Assembly (NCBI GenBank): GCA_052426225.1
Contig: JBNJNM010000011.1
Coordinates: forward strand, 3,038,001-3,102,000
DNA length: 64,000 nt
Origin: Zancudomyces culisetae HAW-14-8
Lineage: Eukaryota; Fungi; Kickxellomycota
Reading direction: 5' to 3'
Positions 48,286-60,767 of the stretch are shown in pieces. How positions within the stretch are numbered: the first letter of the stretch is position 1; each line of letters opens with the position of its first letter. The translations under genes were made by a program, and so were the position numbers. Under the pieces are notes generated by a model. It ran no database searches. It saw only the letters and a list, made by a program, of their open reading frames with translations, and had not been told where the DNA came from.

Positions 48286-49824
48286 ATGTCTGTGAATTAC
48301 AATTATCAGTATATATTTAAATTCATAATCATAGGCGATATGGGTAGGTATTTTTCTGGTTTTTTTTCTGGTTTTTTGTCTGCGTTTGGGGAGACTGCAA
48401 ACTATCGTGCGCCGATTGACGTAAACAGGGGATAAATTAAATATAAATTTTAAATGGCAATCTGTATATAGGCTCGGGGAAAAGCAGTGTTTTAAGGCAG
48501 TTTACAGAAAAGATATTTGTAAGTACTCGAATTATTTCACTAGGTTGCCAAATGGGGGAAATTACCGTGTAGTAACCAAAAAAAAGTACCAAGAAGGCGG
48601 TTGTTGTTGTACTAATTGTATATCTGCACTTGTATAGAGCGAAAAAACGGGACATACAATTGGAGTAGAGTTTGGGACACGAATAATTGATATTAACGAT
48701 ACTAGAATAAAGTAAAGAATGTGCTTTGGTTTATCTATTTGAATTAATAGTGGAATGTTAGTAATAAATAAGAAATGAATTAACATGACCTGAATACTCA
48801 ATATCAACATTCTGAATTTTTTATTGTTTTTATAAAATTAAAACAGGTTACAGATATGGGATACTGCAGGTCAAGGTAATACCGGGATATAATTTAAAAT
48901 GACTTTAATAAACCGTTTTATTATAATTTAGAACGATTCAGGTACGAGAACTTTGTATTTAAGAAAGGGTTATATTGTTTTAATGAAAAATCTGTTCTTT
49001 TGGGCAAAAATGAGGATGTTGTTAAGTATTTTATTTTTGGAGAGCGTATGTGTTTATGATTAATATAGAATAAAATGTACACCAATCTGTAGATCTGTCA
49101 CACAGAGCTACTACCGGGCCTCAATTGGAACAATACTTGTGTACGATATAACGAAGTATGTAGCATATTAACTTTGCACTTGCTTTTAACAACAAACTAA
49201 CCTGTTGATACAATGAATAGCAAGGAGAGTTTTACAAGCATAGAAAGGTGGCTTAATGATGCTCGGGACCTTACAGCTCAAAATTGTGTCTTTGCACTTA
49301 TCGGAAATAAGGTAGTTTTTTGAACTATGCTTTTTTGTTTTTTGATCTTGCGTACTTTATTGTAAAATTTTCCGGTGAATAATGTAGGCTGACAGTACAA
49401 GGGTGAGAGAAGTGACCTATGATGAGGGCAAGCAATTTGCGGACGAACAGAATATCTTGTTTTACGAAACCAGTGCTAAAACGTAACCTTTTAGCTTTAT
49501 AATGATAGCTAGGATAAAATCGTAACGAAACATTAAATTTTTTAAATAGAGGAAACCACATTGAGGATGTATTTCTAGATGTTACATCAAAGATTCTGGA
49601 GTTAATCAAGAATGACAGGTAAACACCATTCTTGTGACTTAGAAGTGGAACTAGCATATTTGTACAAACATATACTAACAAGTAACTATATACTCGCTAG
49701 GATAAACCCTGATCTTTTCAATTCAGGTGTTCAGAGTAGAATTAAGAGTGATAAACAAGGATCTAACCCCAATGTAAACCCTGGAAATTCAAAAGAAGGT
49801 GGCTATATTTCTCGGTGTTGCTAG
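48286..49824 (+). CDS. RAB14: Rab GTPase, Rab14-like, 10 exons
   Basis: Spliced product MSVNYNYQYIFKFIIIGDMG|SGKSSVLRQFTEKIF|SEKTGHTIGVEFGTRIIDINDTRIK|LQIWDTAGQE|RFR|SVTQSYYRASIGTILVYDIT...IGNK|AD...ETSAK|...ISRCC*. All nine introns are GT-AG. Confidence 0.85.
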
Positions 49825-50409
49825 TTTTTTTTTTTCAGCAGTAGGAAACACTTGCGTTTTGGGATCTTAAAGCAAAAGGAAAGCATATTTTCTATTGTGC
49901 CACACTTAGTTGTATTTTTTTTAATTTGAATAACAAGCATAGATATTAATCAATAAAGTCAATAATGACACTATAAATATTATAATACTGTTATCCTTTT
50001 ACTTTGGTATAATGCTGTTTAAATGATGGTGAAAATTTCGTGCTAAAAGATCACTGAAAATTAACTTGCATATTTAACATTCAATTAGCTAATATTGGCT
50101 GTGGTTCTAGGAACTCTCAAAATTTTTTCGCAAAAATTTTTTTGATCGAAAATAGGTAGTTAAGCTAGCGACCAAAGAAAAAAGAATAAGAAAAAAAAAT
50201 TTTTTTTTTGCAAAGCCGTTGACTGATTTATATCAACTCTTTAGTGTCCTTAACAAAGATACTATCGATCAGAAACTAGAACTTGTATATATAGTCGACA
50301 GAGGGTAGATTGGACAAAAGAATCATTTTTGTGTATAGTTAAGGAATCTAATTCAGAAATCTCAAATATAACACGGGCGTGTCTAGAAATATAATAACAG
50401 GAAACAAAA

Positions 50410-51324
50410 ATGAATAACGACGAAATAATATGGCAGGTAATCGGACGGAAGTTCTGTGCGTTCAGAGTAAAGACAAATACCGAAAAGCTGTGTAGAAACG
50501 AATATAATCTGACTGGTATATGCAGCCACCAGTCTTGCCCTCTAGCAAATTCGCGATATGCAACAGTGAGAGAGGTCGAAGGAGTGATATATCTATATAT
50601 GAAGACAGCTGAACGAGCGCATATGCCATCGAAGTTATGGGAAAAGGTCAAACTTCCAAAAAACTACATGAAGGCACTAGAAATGATAGATCAAGAATTG
50701 ATATACTGGCCCAAATGGATAATCCATAAATGTAAGCAGCGATTGACAAAAACAACACAATATTTGATTCGAATGAGAAAGCTAAGGCTACAGGGGACGC
50801 CTACTCTTGTTCCAATCAAGAAGAAGCTGGAACGAAGGGAAAAGAGTAGAGAAGTTAGGGCTGAGGCCGTTGCACGACTTGATAAGGCAATCGAAAAACA
50901 GCTTTTGGAGAGGTTGAAAAACAAGGCATACGGTGATATGCCATTAAACGTCAACGAAGAGGTCTGGAAAGAAATACTGGCAAACGAACAGCTTGAAGCT
51001 GTGGAGGAAAATTCTGAAGATGAGTACGAAATAGAAAATGAAGAGGGGCTTGCTCGCGAATTTGAGGATGAGAATGAGGATGAAGGAGGTTTGGACCGAG
51101 AGTTTGTTTCTGATATATCAGATGATGAAGACGACGAATATAACGACTTTGGAGATATTGAGGAGTTTGCAGGACTGATTTCAGGAAACAATGGCGACAC
51201 CCTTCTGCCAAATAAGCGGCCTTCCTCATCGGGTGTCAACTCTAGCTCTACGAAGAGAAGATCAAAGAAGAGACCAAAGGTTGAAATTGAATATGAGCAT
51301 GAATTTTCCAAAGACGTTAATTAG
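50410..51324 (+). CDS. MAK16: 60S biogenesis factor Mak16
   Basis: Motifs [34 protein letters not shown] and KTAERAHMP; acidic tail ending VEIEYE. Confidence 0.96.
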   Translation: MNNDEIIWQVIGRKFCAFRVKTNTEKLCRNEYNLTGICSHQSCPLANSRYATVREVEGVIYLYMKTAERAHMPSKLWEKVKLPKNYMKALEMIDQELIYWPKWIIHKCKQRLTKTTQYLIRMRKLRLQGTPTLVPIKKKLERREKSREVRAEAVARLDKAIEKQLLERLKNKAYGDMPLNVNEEVWKEILANEQLEAVEENSEDEYEIENEEGLAREFEDENEDEGGLDREFVSDISDDEDDEYNDFGDIEEFAGLISGNNGDTLLPNKRPSSSGVNSSSTKRRSKKRPKVEIEYEHEFSKDVN

Positions 51325-53120
51325 TTCCAGAGACTTTCTTTTTAAATCATTAGTTTGCCAGCACTATTATAAGTATTTTTGTTTGAGTAACCAAGTAATA
51401 TCATCATTAGTTTAAATACATTAATGTACAGTGATTGATATCCCCCATTTACTAGTGTGTAAGTGTACAGGTATTTTGGCCTGTTGTGGGAGGATCCTGT
51501 CTATTGCGTTTTGTAGGCATAATGCAAAGAAAGATGGGAAAATTCCGTTTTAGCATATCTAAAAACAAATATTGTGGCTCGATTATACGTTCGAAAGGAG
51601 TAATAACTATCTGAAAAAGAGCATAAGGCTTGAAAAGAATATATGATTGACTTTATGCTTGCCTGTACTAGTATATGCTTTTGCGTATGTATTTATATAC
51701 GTATGATGCGCGTATATACATTATGTTTGTGGAAATCATCATATATCAAGTATGATTAGTAATGTGAATCTTATTCTTTTCAATAAAGCCCATATGTACA
51801 AGAACAAAGTCCATGTTTAGAGTTTTTCACAAAATTTCCCGTGAACATAGATAAATGACGCGTATGGGTTTCTACAATAAGACCAGGTTTGAGAAATGAA
51901 TGAAAACATAAACCTTTTGAAAGATAAGCATCCACATCCACATCCACATCCACATCCACACCAAAATTTAATTCCGATTTGAAGTTGGGAATGGGTTCCC
52001 AACCTATGGAATTTTTATCTGTTTACCTCAAACTTCTGCCTAAAAAAGATCTCCACTAATATGTGCATTTATCAAAGCATTCCAAAAAAACCCCCGCTAT
52101 TTTTGTGCTGGCCTTACTGAAAAGTTTTAACACGCAAAAACCATACACCATTGACTACAGTTATGAGTGTTTTCAGAACATTATTTGATGATTTGCATTT
52201 TAAGAATTGTTCATCCTTATTTTTGTATTATTGGAACTGCCAAAAGATTATTGACGCTATTTTTCAACTATATACAAACTTAAACAGAAATATAGACATA
52301 TCATAAAAATAATTTGCGGAATACAATCAGACTTTCAGAGATTTCCTCCCCACATCCTCCTAGAAATACATTGAATAAGTTAACACTTTATTATCTTTGC
52401 TAACCTAATTTCCTCGATGAAAATATTTCAATTGTAAATATGTTCTGAACAATCAACGCATTTCCAAGGCAAACTGTTATTCTTCAGTAGACTTATTTTT
52501 TAAATATGGAATTTTTTTTGTTATGTTTGTAATGACACCGTCACTATAACCTAGTTATAAAGTGATGTGCGTAGGATCTGGCAGATTACACAGGCTTTCT
52601 TATTCTAGTTTGCACGATTCTTAAGTTTTGAAAGTATGTTGTAGTGGTATGAACCATAATAAATAAAAGTAATTATGGTGTGTAAAGCATTTATTTTACT
52701 CAGAAATTAAAGATACGAGGAGGGAGGATCATTTTAGTTATTTGACTAATAACATATCGTATAAACACAGTGTCAATAAAAGATGCCTGTAATTAACATT
52801 GGCGATTATCGCAATTATATGTCTGTACTTATCTTAGTAATTTTATATAGCCCTGGCAATAACTAAAAACCAATATAAAAGGTAGCAGACATCACCTTCA
52901 AACCTTCGTCACAAAACATTTTAATATCTACCATCTCATTATAAAATACTGACTACGTTATAAAAGTAGGTGCAAAAAATAAAGCAAGCTCGTAGGCACG
53001 GAGAATAAAAATTAGAATATTCTCGCACTTCTTGTATTTACACATCCATTCAAGCTGCTTTGGCAAAGGACATCACATCAATAAGTAGATAGGCAAAAAA
53101 CAAAACTTGTAAATAACAAG

Positions 53121-54245
53121 ATGAAAGCAACACAAATATTTCTAGGAGCATTTCTTAATGTTATCTCGGCTGCAACTATATACAACGTTGTAACAGTAAC
53201 AAAATGCCTTCCAAGCACTACAGCTACAGATTCACCCTTACAAAATTGTGTAAACACATACGGCTCTTCACCATTTGTTGCAAAGGATGGTTGTAATACT
53301 TGTGTTTGCACAAATAGCGGCCTAAAGTGCACAACAAACTCGTGTATTAACAGTGAAACTACCAGTGGCTCTGCGTTTCAAAGCTGTGTTAGTAGCTATG
53401 GTTCTGGCAGCTTTTCATTGGATGGTGGCTGTAATATTTGTATCTGTGGACCGTTTGGCCCCGCTTGTACAAGTAATGTGTGTAGTAAAAGTCAAGGTCC
53501 TAGTTCCACTTCAGCCACACCATCTAAAACTACAATTACTCCAAGTACATCGATAACAACAACTACTGTATCCTATTCTTCAACAAAAACTACGACAGTT
53601 ACTAATACAAATACTTATTCATCGACTTCAACATCAACAAATAGCCCGTACTACACCAGCACCAGCACCATCACCAACAGCCCTTATTCATCAACAAGTA
53701 GCCCATACTACACCAGCACCAGCACTAGCACTAGCACCAACACCCCTTACCCATCAGATACTTCAGATACAACCTCTGCATACCCCACCACAACCGCTAA
53801 ATATTCATATGATGAATGTGTGAAAGAACATGGAATAGAGGCGTTTAAAGCAGCAGACGGGTGCAATACATGCCAATGTACACAAGCGGGAATAGTGTGT
53901 ACATTAATGGACTGCATAACATCTACATCGACATCAACATCAACATCAACATCCACATCCACATCCACGCCACTTGATACTCTCGCACAGTGCATTAAGG
54001 ATCATGGAGGAGTGACATTCGAGGCTAGCGATGGCTGCAACACTTGTGTGTGTACACAAAATGGTCCTGTATGTACTTTGATGGATTGTGGTAATTCAGG
54101 CGGAGGAGGTAACGGTGGCAATACTCCTGGCAATGGAACTCCAGAGTTCCAAAAATGTGTGCAAGATCACAATGGATCAGCTGTTTTCCAAAATGGAGAC
54201 ATGTTCTGCAGATGCAACCAAGATGGTACCACTACATGTATCTAA
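53121..54245 (+). CDS. Secreted Cys-rich protein with 4 complete and 1 degenerate pacifastin-like domains and a Ser/Thr-rich linker
   Basis: Signal peptide; repeats of C-x14-CNxCxC-x3-G-x2-CT-x3-C. Confidence 0.8.
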   Translation: MKATQIFLGAFLNVISAATIYNVVTVTKCLPSTTATDSPLQNCVNTYGSSPFVAKDGCNTCVCTNSGLKCTTNSCINSETTSGSAFQSCVSSYGSGSFSLDGGCNICICGPFGPACTSNVCSKSQGPSSTSATPSKTTITPSTSITTTTVSYSSTKTTTVTNTNTYSSTSTSTNSPYYTSTSTITNSPYSSTSSPYYTSTSTSTSTNTPYPSDTSDTTSAYPTTTAKYSYDECVKEHGIEAFKAADGCNTCQCTQAGIVCTLMDCITSTSTSTSTSTSTSTSTPLDTLAQCIKDHGGVTFEASDGCNTCVCTQNGPVCTLMDCGNSGGGGNGGNTPGNGTPEFQKCVQDHNGSAVFQNGDMFCRCNQDGTTTCI

Positions 54246-54423
54246 GACCCACCAAGATGGTACCTCATACTCTCGTCTTATTGATCCAGAGTTTTCCATA
54301 TGGTAAACGAGAGCGAAGGCTGGCCCAGTTAAAACAATTATAACATTTACAATATTAAAAAGTCTTGAGATATTTGTACTAACTTAAAACATTATATTAT
54401 GCGAATATATTAAATAAATAAAG

Positions 54424-55905
54424 CTAAGAACACTCGGAGATGTATTGATTTATTAGCGTTTTTACACCCAACATTAAAGCCTCGGTTATACACTCTTCGT
54501 AGATTGCGACAATATTGCCAGTAGAAGAGTAGATATTAACTTTAGACGAACTATCCGATGTAGAAGTAGATGCAGAAGTAGATGTGGTAGTTGGCATATC
54601 TTTCGGACGAGGTGTAGAATCAGAAGTCAACTTTGGATTATTTTCAAGTGGATTTGCCCATATTGAGATGGGTAAGAATTGTGAAAACGTGTGAAGAGTA
54701 ATTTGCGTAGCAGGAACAAACAAAACTAGACATATTGCCAAGTAAACATTGTGGTTAGACAGAGCAAACTGGAAGGGTTGAGCACATAAGTATACAGACG
54801 ACGCAGATGAAGAGGTAGGTTCAGACGATGCTGGTGACTCGGTAGTACCGTCGAGCTCGCTGGCGACCTTGATAGCGGAAAAAGCAGCTTCGTACGCCGA
54901 ATCAAAGCTCTTGGGAAGCCCGAATGTATCTGAGCGTTTGGCAATAAAGCCTTTGAATTTATCTATAGTTGAGGCGTTGATTACTGGAGAAAATGTTAAA
55001 TCATAGTAATACGGATTGTTAGTAGACTCAGAAGCAGAGGCATGGAATGCAAGCAGCTCAGCCAAAATCCTTGAAACCATCAATGCGCTATCATTTTCAC
55101 CTGGTTCGCTGTTGTCATCATCGTAAGCAGCGTCCTTTTTGTTGCTGGAGAGATTCAAATTGTCAATATATCTGAACGTGATAGGAATTCTGGCTGGGGG
55201 CTGAGGTGCTATCGTATCTATGACAGTCTCAAAGCCGCGTTGTAAATCGCTGGCTAAGGACTTTATGGGTGCAGAGTTTACTAGGTTTTTAATGTTGGCT
55301 TCCACAAGCTTGGTGGTGGATGAGGTAGCGGGTTCAAGATTTTTAACATTTGATATAATCGTTCCCTTAATCTTAGAAAGGGAGGATTGTATAGAGGATT
55401 GGTTTTCCTCAGATAACAAGGTGGACGTGGCTTGACCCCATAGCCCACCCCATGACCAAGCAGAAGGTTGTGCATCAGATGCCAGATGCGACTTCTTTTC
55501 ATCTTGATCTAGCTGTTGTTTTTTCTCCTTGGTATGCGAATCCTCGGCGGGATTTGCAGCTTGTTGAGCTACTCGAGTGATTTCATCGATAAATTGCAAC
55601 ACATTTGTGGAGTCGGTTCGTTTAATTGGATTCCCTTTAGCGGCACCCAGAGCTGAAGCACCGCTACTCTTCGATTTATCATTTTTGTCTGTGCTCTCAG
55701 AAGCCGAAGCTTTTGTATCCTCTACGTCTTTAGCAGAAACGTCTCCTGTGTTTTCGTTGTCGCTTGCATTTTCTAGATCTTGCTCAGTTTCATCGATATG
55801 CAATGTTTCGAGGAATTCCAGTACATCTGCTCTGGTTTTGGAGTTTTCGGCAGATGTTGTTTTTTTTTCTTTGTCGTTGCTGCTGGTGATTTTTTGCTTT
55901 GGCAT
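54424..55905 (-). CDS. MTC1: Mtc1-like protein (maintenance of telomere capping 1 family)
   Basis: DVLEFLETL N-terminal motif, WSWGGLWGQAT and VIDTIAP, recalled as typical of fungal Mtc1. Divergent. Confidence 0.6.
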   Translation of the reverse strand: MPKQKITSSNDKEKKTTSAENSKTRADVLEFLETLHIDETEQDLENASDNENTGDVSAKDVEDTKASASESTDKNDKSKSSGASALGAAKGNPIKRTDSTNVLQFIDEITRVAQQAANPAEDSHTKEKKQQLDQDEKKSHLASDAQPSAWSWGGLWGQATSTLLSEENQSSIQSSLSKIKGTIISNVKNLEPATSSTTKLVEANIKNLVNSAPIKSLASDLQRGFETVIDTIAPQPPARIPITFRYIDNLNLSSNKKDAAYDDDNSEPGENDSALMVSRILAELLAFHASASESTNNPYYYDLTFSPVINASTIDKFKGFIAKRSDTFGLPKSFDSAYEAAFSAIKVASELDGTTESPASSEPTSSSASSVYLCAQPFQFALSNHNVYLAICLVLFVPATQITLHTFSQFLPISIWANPLENNPKLTSDSTPRPKDMPTTTSTSASTSTSDSSSKVNIYSSTGNIVAIYEECITEALMLGVKTLINQYISECS

Positions 55906-56190
55906 TTTTAGTAAAACGACTATTAAACTTCTGTTTGTCTTGAATTGTTTTGTTTTACTTGTTGGATTTTATCTTTTCAAAAACCTTTACTTAAAGGACA
56001 AACTCCGTATCCACTAATTATTAAATTCCAGGTATTTATTTTGGCAACTCCACCCAACCAAGCATCCACAAAAAATTTGGTGCATACTATTGGCAGTGGT
56101 GAACAGGTAGTACAGGTATAACCAAACCAGCGAACAAAAAAAATAAAAAAGGAATTAAATATAAAAAAAAGCGGAAGGTCAGTGGGACAA

Positions 56191-58503
56191 CTAAGAAAGC
56201 TTTTTATCAATTTTCTCCAAGAGGTCCAACGCAGAATCAGGGATAGGTGTCCCGGGTCCATAGATAGCAGCTACACCATGTTCATACAAAAAGTCGTAGT
56301 CGATTCTGGGGATAACACCACCAACAATCACCAGGATATTGGAAACACCAAGCTTTTTCAGGTTTTCGATAAGCTGAGGCACCAATGTCTTGTGACCTGC
56401 AGCAAGCGAGGATACACCTACGGCATGTACATCAGAGTCAACTGCGAGCTTTGCCGCCTCCAGCGGAGTCATAAACAACGGAGACACGTCTACGTCAAAT
56501 CCCAAATCGGCAAACCCAGAGGCCACAACATTTGCGCCTCGGTCGTGACCATCCTGACCCATCTTGACAACCAAGAGACGAGGTCTTCTACCATGTTTTT
56601 CTTGAAATTCGCCAGTTTTAGAGATAACTGAATCTACTTTACTCTGTGCTGAACCTGGATTTTGCGAGCTGGCGTATTCAGACTTGTAAGTGCCGCTTAC
56701 TAAAAGTGAAGGCGGTGAATATCTTCCAAAGACCTTTTCAAGGGCATATGAGATTTCACCAACTGTTGCTCTGGCTTGAGCTGCTACTACTGAAAGCTCA
56801 AGAAGGTTCTGTGAGCCCGATTTGTCCTTTGCGGCTTCCTCTAGGGCAGCAAGAGCGCGGTCTACAGCTGCTTGATCTCGGTTGGCCTTCAGTTGCTGAA
56901 GCTTGGAAAGCTGGAGAGCTAAAACTTCTGAATTGTTGATAGACAAAACCTCGATAGATTGCTGGCCGGCGGAGTTCCCTTCGTTGGAAGCACTGGTGGT
57001 TTCCTCTTCAGGTTTGTACTTATTTACACCTACAATCGTTTCCTTTCCACTATCTATTTGGGCTTGTCTCCTTGCAGCAGACTCCTGAATTTTGATCTTG
57101 GGCAACCCAGACGCAACAGCCTTTGACATTCCCCCCATTTCTTCAATCTCTTTTACTATACTCAAAGCCTCTTCATACACGCTGTTGGTTAAAGATTCTA
57201 TAAGATATGAACCAGCAAATGGATCAGCGACCTTGGGGATATTCGCCTCCTCTTGTAGAATTAGCTGTGTGTTTCGTGCTATTTTGGCACTAAACTTTGT
57301 TGGTAAGCCAATGGCTTCATCCAACGCGTTTGTGTGTAGTGATTGAGTACCTCCAAGGGTTGCTGCCATCGCCTCCACAGTTGTTCTGATCACGTTATTA
57401 AACGGCTCCTGCTCTGTCAGTGACCATCCACTTGTCTGAGAATGCGCTCTCAAACGCATTGAGTTTTCTTTGGTTGGGTTAAACTTCTCTTTAACCAATG
57501 TGGCCCACAAACGTCTTGCTGCACGCATCTTTGCTATTTCCATATAAAAATTCATTCCTACACCCCAGAAAAATGATAATCGTGGTGCAAACTCATCTAC
57601 CTTCATACCACTTTTAATTCCTGTTCTTATGTACTCAATCCCATTTGCTATCGTGTATGCCAACTCCAAAACTGCATTTGCGCCCGCTTCCTGCAAGTGA
57701 TATCCTGAAATACTGATAGAGTTGTAGTTTTTCATCTTTTCCGAGGTATACTTGAATATATCCCCTATAATTCTCATACTTTCCTCAATTGGGTATATAA
57801 ACGTGTTTCTCACCATAAATTCCTTCAAGATATCATTTTGTATTGTTCCCCGCATGTCCTCATATTTGCATCCCTGTTCAAGAGCGCTCACTATGTACAT
57901 GGCAAGCACTGGCAGTACTGCTCCGTTCATGGTCATACTCACTGTCACTTTACTCAAATCTATTCCCTCGAATAGTCTTTTCATATCCTCCACTGAATCT
58001 ATTGCCACACCTGCCATTCCAACATCTCCACCAACACGCTCGTGGTCGCTATCATACCCTCTATGAGTTGCCAAATCAAATGCCACAGACAAACCCTGTT
58101 GACCTGCCTTCAGATTTGCTCTATAGAAAGCGTTACTTTCTTCCACTGTGCTAAATCCAGCATACTGTCGAATTGTCCAGGGTCGGTGCGTATACATTGT
58201 AGCATACGGACCCCTGGTGAATGGAAATTTTCCTGGAATTTCCTTCTCAAATCCAGCTGTATCCTCTGCCGTGTACACTGGTTTGACATCTATTCCCTCC
58301 AATGTATGCCAGGTTAGCAATTTTTCTGGGTCCTTGCCCTTGCATTCTTTTGTTGCAAGCTTCGCCCACTCGGGATCGAGTTTATTTCTCAAAATGCTCG
58401 CCGTGCTGAAGTTTACTCTTCTTGTGGTTGAGCCGGCCTTTAAGAGATGGGTTTTTGGTCCCCCAGACCCGCTTACTGTTCTTAGTTTCAATATTGTACT
58501 CAT
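56191..58503 (-). CDS. MMUT: Mitochondrial adenosylcobalamin-dependent methylmalonyl-CoA mutase
   Basis: Motifs [47 protein letters not shown] and SISGYH; B12-binding GQDGHDRG (DxHxxG); basic presequence. Confidence 0.97.
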   Translation of the reverse strand: MSTILKLRTVSGSGGPKTHLLKAGSTTRRVNFSTASILRNKLDPEWAKLATKECKGKDPEKLLTWHTLEGIDVKPVYTAEDTAGFEKEIPGKFPFTRGPYATMYTHRPWTIRQYAGFSTVEESNAFYRANLKAGQQGLSVAFDLATHRGYDSDHERVGGDVGMAGVAIDSVEDMKRLFEGIDLSKVTVSMTMNGAVLPVLAMYIVSALEQGCKYEDMRGTIQNDILKEFMVRNTFIYPIEESMRIIGDIFKYTSEKMKNYNSISISGYHLQEAGANAVLELAYTIANGIEYIRTGIKSGMKVDEFAPRLSFFWGVGMNFYMEIAKMRAARRLWATLVKEKFNPTKENSMRLRAHSQTSGWSLTEQEPFNNVIRTTVEAMAATLGGTQSLHTNALDEAIGLPTKFSAKIARNTQLILQEEANIPKVADPFAGSYLIESLTNSVYEEALSIVKEIEEMGGMSKAVASGLPKIKIQESAARRQAQIDSGKETIVGVNKYKPEEETTSASNEGNSAGQQSIEVLSINNSEVLALQLSKLQQLKANRDQAAVDRALAALEEAAKDKSGSQNLLELSVVAAQARATVGEISYALEKVFGRYSPPSLLVSGTYKSEYASSQNPGSAQSKVDSVISKTGEFQEKHGRRPRLLVVKMGQDGHDRGANVVASGFADLGFDVDVSPLFMTPLEAAKLAVDSDVHAVGVSSLAAGHKTLVPQLIENLKKLGVSNILVIVGGVIPRIDYDFLYEHGVAAIYGPGTPIPDSALDLLEKIDKKLS

Positions 58504-60767
58504 CTGTTCTTATGTGGTGGATGTCAGAAAACGAGTATTCTATAACTATTACTTTATTAGGTCTTATCTTTAAGTTTAATTTTTATACCAACAATACAGA
58601 AAAAGCGTATGTCATCCCAAAGTTCTGTTATCCCCTTTGTTGCATAAACCCAATCAAGAGGGCATTTTTACCGATTAGATACTAAAACCCCACCTTCATT
58701 TACTGGGTTTTATGGCCAAAGTGTTTGTGTTCTGGATAATTGGTGCTTGGTTAGTGCTTTTTTTTTTCATTGCAAGCTCCATTGTTTTTATGATATGTTT
58801 ATTTTATTGGCTAGATTGTAGAGGCAAAACCTGCAAGATAAGAGGAAACCCACAGTTTCACATTAAAATAACTGAAAATAAAAATCAAGCCCTATTAGTG
58901 GTGCGATTAAGGGTTTCTCAACCACGATTAAATGAAAAGCTCCGTTATTGGATAAGCATTTGCATCACAACAGAACAGCTGATCTCCTAATAAAAATGTG
59001 TTTGTTACCTTGTACATTGCAAAATACATTCACTGTTGGAGGAGGAGCTTGGAGTTGGGATGTAACTGCCATCTTGTGCCGACTAAAACAAGCTGTTCTT
59101 TTTTTGAGTGGGATTTTTTAGTATCAAAGCTGCATATATCCCGCAATGGAATTGATTCGTTTTTTGTCGTGTATTTACCCTACGATCATAGTTTGCATCG
59201 AACTATGCAATCATATTTTCTATGTATACCTTGTCAAAAGCTTGCTTAAAGTCTTTTCTAAAATCTAATGAAATATTAAAAACACAACTAATGCCGTGGA
59301 TAATCTTCGATAGTGCTCTCTTTCCTCATATATAATATCAGCTTTGCGATATTTCACATTCTTCAAGATATAAAAAGGATCTTTTTGTTATATAGGGGCA
59401 ACGAGTACTTAAAGTAAATAACCTTGATGCTTTAAAATAGTTTATGCTTATCGCTGTACGCTTATGTTTTTCATAGCCGTTATATGCTGAACAGACACAA
59501 AATGCATATGCGTACTCCCGCACATTATGTACTACTTTTGCATATTTCTTAGAAATCCGTTATATAACATTTACGAAAATTTTATACAAACTTAGAGTAG
59601 TGCATCAAACATATACTCCCTACTACCACAGAAACTACATAAGTTGTTCTATATTGATACTCCTTCAACATTTTAGAAACTCAACAAATTATGGTCACCA
59701 AACTGACCAAAACTCAACCCAAACAGTTCTGCTTACTCTGACAATAGGCTCTTTCCAGGGTTGGGCGAGGTCACGCACAGCAAAGGTTATTCCCCTTCCC
59801 CTTTCAAAAAGATGCCGCACATTTTTTCTCCTATCACAACCTTTGTAAACATATTATCTATTATGTAAACTCATTTCTCTTAAAAGGGGCGGGTATTTTG
59901 AATTTGTGATATCTTGAGCGTATCACTTTCTCATTACTTACTTTTAAGCTATTTTGATAACTATTGACGGTTGCTACTGGTTCACTTGGTTCAATAAAAA
60001 AATTTTAATCTCATAAATGAATGAAACGTAAAAATCATTATTTTTACTAAATACAACAAAACTATTTATAGAATCAATCAAAGTCTAAAGACTAAGTGCA
60101 AGTGCAAGCTTAGCAACGTGAATTTGGGGCAAATAATCGCTTTGGCACATCGAATATTCTTGTTACAAATAATAAAAGCAAATGTCTTTCCCCCCCCCCC
60201 AAATATTTTATAACAAGGCTCCGCTTTTTAATTTGAAAATGTAAGCTTAGGTTCTGTTCCTTGTTAATTAGCAAAGGTGATTTCGACATACCTGAGTAGA
60301 TTAAATTTAAGGAGTGACACCAAACCCAGTTCTTCCTACTGGACCAGAAAACGATTTATTACAAGATGTTAATTTATTTCAAATTTTTTTCATCAGTTCA
60401 TTAAAACTGAAGAATGTTGACAAAGCATATATTTTGAAAATGGATGAAATTATGTAAAGTGCAACAGTAGTTCGCTCAATAGTTGCTTAAACCTATAAAT
60501 AGAATACAGTATTTAACTGTCTAAGGTGCTTTATCAACTCGTCCCAAGATTTGAAAAACGAAGCTGCTAATGTTGTGTATAGTAATACCCGTAGTTGGAA
60601 TAGTTTTTCTCTATAAAGCATTAGTAATTTCATCAAAAATTTATCAAATAAAATATTCATATATATAAAACTAAATAAAGTATAAACTAAATAGTAGAAT
60701 TTTAGCATTCACAAAAAGTTCCACGAGCGAACATAAATAACAATATATAGTACATTTTACTAGAAAG

